A stretch of 64,000 nucleotides of DNA. Origin: a virus (taxonomy: Duplodnaviria; Caudoviricetes). The DNA is taken from IMG/VR virus record IMGVR_UViG_3300021387_000452; one strand, written 5' to 3'. The notes below the pieces were generated by a model. The model ran no database searches, was not told the DNA's origin, and worked only from the letters and a program-made list of their open reading frames with translations. Positions 40,616 to 48,513 of this stretch are shown here, in pieces. Numbering within the stretch: the stretch's first letter is position 1; every line of letters starts with the position of its first letter. The position numbers and the translations under genes are program-made.

Positions 40616-41491
40616 TTATAAATCAAACATATCTACTGATGAACTAGAATTTGGTGCTGTGGATGAAGTTGTAGAATTAGTTGAGCTGTCATCTTCATTT
40701 GGTGGAGCATCATAAATCTTTGTGGCAAATACAATACATGGTTTTGTAGGAGATGTCTCAGCAGTCTCTGTTAATATCTTCCACGTACCTGTAAGTTCTA
40801 TTGAATGCCGCTGGCAAGATAGATCCCCTGACAAAGGCATGTTCAAACTAATTGGCTGAAGTCTACTACCATCAACAAGAGTGCCATAACTTGTTGGCCT
40901 CCCAGTTACTGAATAATATAAAAAGAGTCCAGTGGCGCCTACGGTGTTTATATCACCACTAACATCATGATCATACTCTGGTGCATCATAATACCAGTGA
41001 GCTGTATCTACATCCCAGTACCTATCTGTAGGATGATCTGGATTATACCAACATTTGATAATGTCATTCTTTACAAAGTAAACAGTAGAAGGAGTAAGTG
41101 TAATCCCAAAATTATTGTGCATAACGTCATATGATGTTAGCGCGCCATTATAGTCATACATCTCGCTTGTCTGTCTTTTATATGCATCCAATTGAAGAAG
41201 CTGACCAATTAAGTACACATTGAATTTAGTGCTTAGCTTTATCCAATATGGAAGATCATTTAATGTATACCATTCACCAGTTCTGTCATCTTCAGTCGGC
41301 TCTGGATAAATTAACCAGTAATCATGATTTCCAGAATCATTTTCAATCCAACCGTCATGCGGATGAAGTGAATTATCATACACTTGAGTTGGAGTAGATG
41401 GCGTTAGGGTTATACCATAGTGATCATGAAGATAATCAAATTCACGCCATTCTCCATTGTAGAAATAAACTCTAATGTTATCATCAGCCAT
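40616..41491 (-). CDS. Tail fibre-associated protein sharing the C-terminal domain of 37980-40583
   Basis: Two YxNG...HxxxGITLTPST repeats plus a VGATGLFLY...LTGTWKIL...PCIVFATKI domain. Confidence 0.65.
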   Translation of the reverse strand: MADDNIRVYFYNGEWREFDYLHDHYGITLTPSTPTQVYDNSLHPHDGWIENDSGNHDYWLIYPEPTEDDRTGEWYTLNDLPYWIKLSTKFNVYLIGQLLQLDAYKRQTSEMYDYNGALTSYDVMHNNFGITLTPSTVYFVKNDIIKCWYNPDHPTDRYWDVDTAHWYYDAPEYDHDVSGDINTVGATGLFLYYSVTGRPTSYGTLVDGSRLQPISLNMPLSGDLSCQRHSIELTGTWKILTETAETSPTKPCIVFATKIYDAPPNEDDSSTNSTTSSTAPNSSSSVDMFDL

Positions 41492-41511
41492 AGTATAACC
41501 TTTAATAAATA

Positions 41512-42636
41512 TTAGCCATTAAAGGCACCGTTTGATGGATCCCATCCTAGTGCAATGCCGTTCCCAATATATACAAAATTACCATCATCAAAAGTTTGAC
41601 CAACTGTATAAGCGTCTAATACACTCCTTATAAAATTTGTATCTAAATAACCTTTTAAACCGTCACCTTGAACAATATAATGTGTAGTTGGATCAGGAGA
41701 CATTACACCGCATGATATAGCAACCCATCTATTAAAACCTGCAATAGAGCTATTCGAAATAAGGGAAGTTAATAGCTGACTATCTGATGTAAAGAATATA
41801 CCATGACCATTTGACGAGTGTAAATGATTACCTATTGCATTAAATAAGTCTACTCTATTATACTGATTATAATAAGAATTGCTTATTGATCTCCAAAATT
41901 CGTAACCCCAACTGTTATTACCATCATCATGAGCCTCTGAGTAGTATTGGTATACTAGATGCTTGCTCAACATTTTTGCTGTTGGGGCGTTATCCATCGT
42001 TGGGTGAGCTAATGTTTCTATAACTGGGCCAACAAACCACATACTTCCCATTCTGTTTTCTTTATTTATTCTAAAAACAACAGTTCTACCGTCTGTAATA
42101 ATCTGAGCATGATATGTAGTGCTTCCAGTATTGTTATATGCAACAGACCAGCTGTTATGTGATCCGCTAGTTAACTCAGAGCCATGTATTTTTGTAGCAT
42201 CACTAACTAAAAATCCCTCTTCTGTAGGATTACTACCGTATGACTGAGCACTACCTGCTGGGATCATGCTGCAAAATAAACCAACTGTCGTACCGCTGGC
42301 ATTTGATTCTGAGTACGGATATCCAAAAGGTACCCCTGGATTATAGCCATTTATGCTGTAGCCAATCATTAATTTTTCACATGGTTCTACACCATTATTA
42401 TTTTTAAAGAATAGAAAATAAGTTCCAATATAACCACTACCACCAATTAAGTAAGTCTGATCTTCAGGGTTTGAAGTTTGATTGTGATCTAAATCTAATA
42501 CCCATCCTGTGTTTGTACTTAATAGTAAATCTGCAAATCTTTGTAATATCTCTTGCGCTCTTGTTCTCTTATCTGCATCATTTCCAGCTGACCCAGTACC
42601 TAGCCACTTTGTTTGTCTCATTATATAACCACCCAT
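41512..42636 (-). CDS. Putative virion structural protein
   Basis: 374 aa, Gly/Ser/Tyr-rich, within the fibre cluster. Confidence 0.55.
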   Translation of the reverse strand: MGGYIMRQTKWLGTGSAGNDADKRTRAQEILQRFADLLLSTNTGWVLDLDHNQTSNPEDQTYLIGGSGYIGTYFLFFKNNNGVEPCEKLMIGYSINGYNPGVPFGYPYSESNASGTTVGLFCSMIPAGSAQSYGSNPTEEGFLVSDATKIHGSELTSGSHNSWSVAYNNTGSTTYHAQIITDGRTVVFRINKENRMGSMWFVGPVIETLAHPTMDNAPTAKMLSKHLVYQYYSEAHDDGNNSWGYEFWRSISNSYYNQYNRVDLFNAIGNHLHSSNGHGIFFTSDSQLLTSLISNSSIAGFNRWVAISCGVMSPDPTTHYIVQGDGLKGYLDTNFIRSVLDAYTVGQTFDDGNFVYIGNGIALGWDPSNGAFNG

Positions 42637-42644
42637 ATGTCACC

Positions 42645-44939
42645 TCAATCTTTATCAAAAATTATTTCAATGCTAATATTACGATTAGCTTTATTACCTC
42701 TAAGTCTTATAGTGCCACCGTACATCTGGTAATTAGTCTCAGTGTCTGGCTTATCTGGAAACTCTGGTTCTTGAGTTGGAGTGTATGATTTATTATAAAC
42801 TTTTAATCTATCACCATGAACTTCTGGAGTATCAGTAAAAGGTAAATCATTATATTTCATATCATCCAATGAAGCGTTGCCTATGAGTGTATTATCATTC
42901 ATCGTAATGATATGATTTGCGTAATTGCCAAACTTACGAATAGTTCCGCCATACATCTGCTCTGAAGATTCACCAGATTTAATTGGGAAATCAACACTGC
43001 GCTGTTCGTAAGATGAATTCCAGATCTTTAATCTATCACCATGAACTTCACAACTGCTCGCAAATGAAACGTCAGCATATTTCATTTGATCAGATTTAAA
43101 AGTATTGCATGCTACTGAGAAATCAATATAGCTATTATCATTTACACCAAATTTACGAATGGTCCCTAGTAACTTCTGATAAGAAGTTACATATGAATTC
43201 TTTTCAAAATCTGGCGCAATAGGTTGAATATATGATGAATCCCAAATCTTTATCTGCCCACTATAAATTTCATAATTATCAGTAAAGTTTGTAGTAGGCC
43301 AAACTGGAAGGTCAAGCTTCATTGCTCCAGTTGAAACTAAAACTATGTAATCGCTCGCTTCTGCTGGAGAGCCAGAATCCGTTGGCATTGACCCACATAA
43401 GGCTACTTCTGGAGACTCTGATAACGGTTGCCATATAAGATCTGTACTCGTGTTAGTGGTAATTGTGTATAACTGATCAAATCCGCCAATACTCCACTCT
43501 AATGGAATCCACGGGTGATTATCTTCATCTCTGTAAACTCCTCTCATTCGTGGAAGAATTACAGTATCGCCATAATGGCGTTCAATATTTTTTGGTAATT
43601 GAATTTCTAATTCTGGATGAGAATTATTTGTAAATGAAAGAATCACTTTCATTTTCTCGCAAAGAATATTTGCAGCAGTGTCTGTTCTTAAAATATATTC
43701 TTGACCAAACTGACCAATATCCCATGCGTATGGCGTATACTTAATGTGATCTTCATCTTCATACTCACCAGTGACTGATGGTAAAGTAACAAGATCACCA
43801 TTATCAACAGTTCTAGGATCTGGTAATGGAATCTCAAGAGTTTGATAGTATGCATTTACAAATGAAAGTGTAACTTTTACTTTCTCACACTCAAGATCTG
43901 CTACAGTGTTTTCATTCAAGACGAATGTAGAATTAAATTCACCGATGTTCCATCTTGTAGCAACCCATCTAATTGAATTAGCATCTGTGTAAACACCAGT
44001 GATCTCTGGTAAAACTATCTCTGATCCAATCGAAACCTCTATATCTTCTGGAAGAGTAATCGGCAAATCTGAATGAGAGGTATTAGTAAACGAGAGAGTT
44101 GCTGAGCTTGGTAGATATTTCCAGGGAAGATGTAAAGGTGTTTCACATAGCCACATATCTGCTACGCCTTCTACAAATATGTAACCAAGCTCTAAAAGAT
44201 CATCTTTACTTATCCAAATTTCTGTTACTTCTGGAATGCAATACTCATCTGAGTATGAATCATAATATGTACCATAGACTTCATCGTCTTTAAGTACATA
44301 TACGTTTTCTCTTATGACCCCATAGTTATCATGAGTGTAAAATTCACTTCTACTAATAAATGAATCGTCAATATAGAAATAATCAGCTGCTTCATTCTCA
44401 TATATCTGAGAAGATTCTGTAGCTGAAGAATCATACATAATGACTTTTTCATCGCCAATGGAATCTACCCATCTATGAAACCCATCTCTATCATCAAAAT
44501 ATTTACTTGTAGTTGAATCAAACCATACTATAGGTAGCCCAGAGCTATCTAGAATGATGTTTTCGCATTCGTATGAAGTTATACCATATTTCTCATAAGC
44601 ATCACTTAGAGTTCTAATAAGTGAATTATAGAATAAGTAATTTGGAGTCGACTCTGTAATACTTGCAATATAGCATCTATAATCAGCTGAAGATTCTCCA
44701 CGATAGAATGTCTTATTTCTTACTTTCTTATAAAGATTAAGATCAGCAAAGTCTACTACCCAAGTGTGGTTATCACTATCATAGTATGTGTTATCTCCAG
44801 AATCTTGTTTAATAACTACACTATCATTACTGACTGAATAAAATGTAACTAGTCTCTGTGGTAGTAGTGAGTAGCCTAAACTGTGAGCCTGCTCATACGT
44901 AAGCCAACTACCTTCTATGTAAAACATTCTATCTGGCAT
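42645..44939 (-). CDS. Repeat-containing tail-associated/adhesin-like protein
   Basis: Three ~74-aa LSFxN...LP...WxIGxF repeats and three C-terminal LKIW...GTIRKFG repeats. Likely start ATG 44939 (ORF track starts at TTG 44972). Confidence 0.65.
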   Translation of the reverse strand: MPDRMFYIEGSWLTYEQAHSLGYSLLPQRLVTFYSVSNDSVVIKQDSGDNTYYDSDNHTWVVDFADLNLYKKVRNKTFYRGESSADYRCYIASITESTPNYLFYNSLIRTLSDAYEKYGITSYECENIILDSSGLPIVWFDSTTSKYFDDRDGFHRWVDSIGDEKVIMYDSSATESSQIYENEAADYFYIDDSFISRSEFYTHDNYGVIRENVYVLKDDEVYGTYYDSYSDEYCIPEVTEIWISKDDLLELGYIFVEGVADMWLCETPLHLPWKYLPSSATLSFTNTSHSDLPITLPEDIEVSIGSEIVLPEITGVYTDANSIRWVATRWNIGEFNSTFVLNENTVADLECEKVKVTLSFVNAYYQTLEIPLPDPRTVDNGDLVTLPSVTGEYEDEDHIKYTPYAWDIGQFGQEYILRTDTAANILCEKMKVILSFTNNSHPELEIQLPKNIERHYGDTVILPRMRGVYRDEDNHPWIPLEWSIGGFDQLYTITTNTSTDLIWQPLSESPEVALCGSMPTDSGSPAEASDYIVLVSTGAMKLDLPVWPTTNFTDNYEIYSGQIKIWDSSYIQPIAPDFEKNSYVTSYQKLLGTIRKFGVNDNSYIDFSVACNTFKSDQMKYADVSFASSCEVHGDRLKIWNSSYEQRSVDFPIKSGESSEQMYGGTIRKFGNYANHIITMNDNTLIGNASLDDMKYNDLPFTDTPEVHGDRLKVYNKSYTPTQEPEFPDKPDTETNYQMYGGTIRLRGNKANRNISIEIIFDKD

Positions 44940-44980
44940 ATCGTCTGAGCCCTGTGCAAAAGTAAAAGCCAAAATACAAC

Positions 44981-45015
44981 TAAAGAGAGACTATGAAGCC
45001 TCTCTTTATTGATAT
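44981..45015 (-). terminator. Terminator with ATATCAA abutting its 5' arm
   Basis: TAAAGAGAGGC/GTCTCTCTTTA stem at 44981-45008; motif at 45009-45015. Confidence 0.7.
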
Positions 45016-45023
45016 GTTGCGAG

Positions 45024-46817
45024 CTATAAGTTGTATGCCCAACTGAACTTAAATCCGTACATAGCTATAATATCTTGATCACCAGAATATGAAAGCAGTA
45101 AATTACCACTAGAGTCTGATGTGAATGAAAGTTTAGACGCATCAATGCTAATGCTAGACGTTCCAGTTTCCATGTAACCCCAACCGCTGCCTATGTATCT
45201 GTAGATTCTGCTATTCAATGAAGTAATTTTATATGGAATGTAGTCAGATATCTTTGCTTGAGTGCCATCTTCATAATATAACGATACACCGGGTGTATCT
45301 TCATCTACTCCGCATAGTAAGTAGTATGTTCTTGAATGAATATAACCATACTGACCACCCCAATATGGCCAATTACCAGAGAATGTTATATAATCATTTT
45401 CAATTTCATCAAGCCTAATATTTTCTAATCTTGCAACTGTACGACTAAAGACTTGAGTGTTATTATAATATATTGTAACAGACTTAGAGCCATCATAGTA
45501 ATTGTGTATAGTGAATGATAAATTATTTCCATCTGTACCATTGAGCTTTGCTGTAGCTGTAAAGTTCCCATAAACACCAAAGCACGTTACTGAAGCTGAC
45601 TTAGCTATACCATCAATAATAGGAATAGAATAGTTTCCATTAGAGAATTGGCTGTTTGGCGGTACTAAGTAAAGAGTCATCTCTCCATGAGGTAACTCTT
45701 CAGCTTTCGTTGGCACTTCATCTTGCCACATCTTTGTGTAGCCATTCCAATACTTACTTACTTTGCTATCATACCATGCTATATAGTTGCCGTCTAAATC
45801 TACTAATGGATTCCCATATTGATCTTCTTTAACTATATTGCACTTGTATTCTGTGATCCCATCTGACTCATATAAGCTATCTAAACGAACAAATCCAGAA
45901 TGAATTTCTGTAGACGAGTTATTTAAGATATATCTGATGCCATTATCATCTATGTACTCAAGCCCTTTAAGTAGTAGCGCAACATTTTTATACAATGAGA
46001 TAGTATTTCCAGTTGGCGCATATGAAAAATTCCAAATTTTATTATCTTGTATAGAGTGATATTTTCTGCGAAGCTTTGGATCTATGTCTATGCAGCATAG
46101 TTGATGAGAATAATAGAATGAAAATATATTTTTAGCGCTTGAGACTAAATGAGCATACTCTCCATCATACCACTCAGATGGATCATCATTCCAAATAGCA
46201 TCAAAATTATAACCTAAGCAAACACAGCCAAAGAGAACTCCGAGTGCATATGAATACATCGACTTAATGTCTAACTTCTTATATGTCTGATTCTTACACC
46301 CGGCATTATTAAGAACATCAGTTATCTTTTCATAGATCTCATTATAGTCTGAATCATTCTCTACTCCTAATGTAGAGAATTCTATAATGTCATGAAATAT
46401 AACTGGAGCAATTCTTGACGAATCAGTTCCAGTAAGCTTATTCATGAACTGTCTTAGACCAGCGCAATAGAACTCAACGCGATCTTCAAGCTCTTCTGGC
46501 TTACCATGAATTGAAAAATACTTTATGATCTTATTATAGACAGCTTCATTATTGACGCGATCTTTATAAATAACAACGTGTCTCAATCTAATCCAATCTA
46601 CAACAGTCTCTGTCACAGGTAATCCAGTGTCTGGATCAATTATTGGCTTATGAGTGTCTTGATCAATAACTGGAACTTCTTTATAATACTCTTCTTGTGG
46701 AGTAGTCACAGCTTCTAAGCCAAGAATAAATAACATTGTTGGATCGCATAAAAGTGGCCCATGCTCAACATCATCATAATACTCTACACAGCCAATTGAG
46801 GATTTATAGTATAGCAT
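45024..46817 (-). CDS. Tail-associated structural protein, N-terminal paralogue of 28024-31263
   Basis: Start moved to ATG 46817 (GGAGG RBS); shared N-terminal blocks with 28024. Confidence 0.65.
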   Translation of the reverse strand: MLYYKSSIGCVEYYDDVEHGPLLCDPTMLFILGLEAVTTPQEEYYKEVPVIDQDTHKPIIDPDTGLPVTETVVDWIRLRHVVIYKDRVNNEAVYNKIIKYFSIHGKPEELEDRVEFYCAGLRQFMNKLTGTDSSRIAPVIFHDIIEFSTLGVENDSDYNEIYEKITDVLNNAGCKNQTYKKLDIKSMYSYALGVLFGCVCLGYNFDAIWNDDPSEWYDGEYAHLVSSAKNIFSFYYSHQLCCIDIDPKLRRKYHSIQDNKIWNFSYAPTGNTISLYKNVALLLKGLEYIDDNGIRYILNNSSTEIHSGFVRLDSLYESDGITEYKCNIVKEDQYGNPLVDLDGNYIAWYDSKVSKYWNGYTKMWQDEVPTKAEELPHGEMTLYLVPPNSQFSNGNYSIPIIDGIAKSASVTCFGVYGNFTATAKLNGTDGNNLSFTIHNYYDGSKSVTIYYNNTQVFSRTVARLENIRLDEIENDYITFSGNWPYWGGQYGYIHSRTYYLLCGVDEDTPGVSLYYEDGTQAKISDYIPYKITSLNSRIYRYIGSGWGYMETGTSSISIDASKLSFTSDSSGNLLLSYSGDQDIIAMYGFKFSWAYNL

Positions 46818-46828
46818 AGACCCTCCAA

Positions 46829-47707
46829 TTATGAACACATTAGTGAAAGAATCATGTCATTAATAAATGACTCAAAGACGTATGATTCTTCAGTAGAATG
46901 AACTACAGAGTTTAGCTTATTAGTAAGAGCTTTTATGTCAGAAGAAAGCATGACATTAAAACCATTCTTTTTCTGGTCAATAAGTTTTAGTATGTCTACT
47001 AATGATTTGCACTTACCAATGAATTTACCGCTAAGTGATTTCGCTACAGGTTTTGACAGATCTGCAAGAATCTTACTTGGGTCTACTTTATCATAGAACT
47101 TGCTATCAGTGAATTTATCACCGCTAAGATGATCACTGCTCAAAAAGTCTGTGTAATCTTTATAAAGCTTATCACACGCAGTTTTAAAATCAGTAACTAT
47201 CTTAATGTCAAGCTCAGTTGGAGTGTCGCTCTTGCTATTGTCTTTTATATCAGTTGGCTGAGGCTTATCTTTTCCTTTTGGAATCTGTGCCTTAAACATT
47301 TGGTAAATCTGATCATAATCAGACTTAAGTTTATTTAGCGCTACAAGAATATGCTTGCAAGCCATGCCTTCTTTGTCTGGGTTAGTCTTATCTGGAGATC
47401 TAATCTCTCTATCAATGCCAGACTGGCTTTTCCACATTATGTACTTATACCCCTGATAGAGAAAAGCTGGGCACGTGCAGCTCAGTTTTACATTTCCATT
47501 TATAGCTCCCTTAAGAGAACGAAGCTTATTTCCTGTGAGACCAAGAAGCTGTATCGTAACTATGTACTGTTTGTTGCCCTGGCTAGAAGTCACTGTATAC
47601 AATATCTTATTGTCTTCTACTTTGTACAGCTTTGCAGTAAGACCCTGCTTAGCAGCTCTTTCTTTAGATCGATTATCTGATTTATTTATTATATCTACTA
47701 GACGCAT
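46829..47707 (-). CDS. SWIM zinc-finger protein
   Basis: YIVTI...SCTCPAF...CKHILVAL (CxC...CxH). Confidence 0.75.
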   Translation of the reverse strand: MRLVDIINKSDNRSKERAAKQGLTAKLYKVEDNKILYTVTSSQGNKQYIVTIQLLGLTGNKLRSLKGAINGNVKLSCTCPAFLYQGYKYIMWKSQSGIDREIRSPDKTNPDKEGMACKHILVALNKLKSDYDQIYQMFKAQIPKGKDKPQPTDIKDNSKSDTPTELDIKIVTDFKTACDKLYKDYTDFLSSDHLSGDKFTDSKFYDKVDPSKILADLSKPVAKSLSGKFIGKCKSLVDILKLIDQKKNGFNVMLSSDIKALTNKLNSVVHSTEESYVFESFINDMILSLMCS

Positions 47708-47770
47708 GACTATATCATCTCACAATAAATTCAGTAAAGTTTATTAGTATTTGATATGAAGTCACACAAT

Positions 47771-47802
47771 AAAACCCGAGGTGTTAAAGCATCTCGGGTT
47801 TT
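47771..47802 (-). terminator. Intrinsic terminator (possibly bidirectional)
   Basis: AAAACCCGAGATG/CACCTCGGGTTTT stem with one mismatch. Confidence 0.8.
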
Positions 47803-47809
47803 GAACTAG

Positions 47810-48496
47810 TTACTTTTTGTAACGAGAGACCAGTGAACGTTTAGCAGGTTGCTTAGTTGATTCATTCTTTGCTCTTCTTGCTGGACGCTTTTTGGATTCG
47901 AAGTCTTCATCATCTTCGTCCCAATCTTCATCATCTTCGTCTTCCCAATCATCATCTTCATCATCATCCTGAACTGATCTATATGGATCAACATTTGCAA
48001 ACTTGTCCATACGATCATGAACAAACCAACGGTCTTCATCATCCATATCAGCATAGTAAGTATCTAAATACTCATCAATATCTCTTTCACCAATCCAGTC
48101 ATGTGCATCATAATGATCAAGAATTTCACGACAGATGTCATATGAATTGTAGCTAGGATTTTCATCTTCGTCATCCATATCATCATCGTCCACATCATCC
48201 ATATCTTCATTCTTTACAGACTTATCTGATGCTTTCTTTGATTCTTCAACTAAGTCAAGAGCGTCACAGACTGACCAAAGTTCATCAACTGACATCTGAG
48301 CAATAAGTTCTCTACATAAAGCTTCCATTGAAATATAACCATCAGACGCAGCATCAAGCAAAATAACTGCTGGATCGTCAGCGCTTTCATTCTTAATAAG
48401 ATTTTCAAGTCGAGTAAGACGTTTTTCTAAAATAGTTTTACGCTTGTCATTGTCGATAATCTGTTTAGCTTTATCCATTGCTTCATTCTTTGTCAT
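47810..48496 (-). CDS. Highly acidic protein with a LEKRLTRLE tag and four KNE sites (candidate internal head protein)
   Basis: Asp/Glu-rich with a basic C-tail; directly downstream of the portal gene; GGAGG RBS. Confidence 0.6.
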   Translation of the reverse strand: MTKNEAMDKAKQIIDNDKRKTILEKRLTRLENLIKNESADDPAVILLDAASDGYISMEALCRELIAQMSVDELWSVCDALDLVEESKKASDKSVKNEDMDDVDDDDMDDEDENPSYNSYDICREILDHYDAHDWIGERDIDEYLDTYYADMDDEDRWFVHDRMDKFANVDPYRSVQDDDEDDDWEDEDDEDWDEDDEDFESKKRPARRAKNESTKQPAKRSLVSRYKK

Positions 48497-48513
48497 AGTA
48501 TCAATCCTCCAAA

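Noticed and set aside
44940-44980. Pyrimidine tract + CAG|G resembling a spliceosomal acceptor before 42645-44939, suggesting joining to the upstream paralogue
   Set aside because: It is explained by the terminator U-tract. The context is a phage, no group I/II intron core is visible, and stops in both frames rule out simple read-through.
28024-46817. Diversity-generating retroelement or invertible tail-fibre shufflon
   Set aside because: No reverse transcriptase or recombinase, no adenine-specific TR/VR pair, and no inverted cassettes. Paralogy is old and mainly at the protein level.
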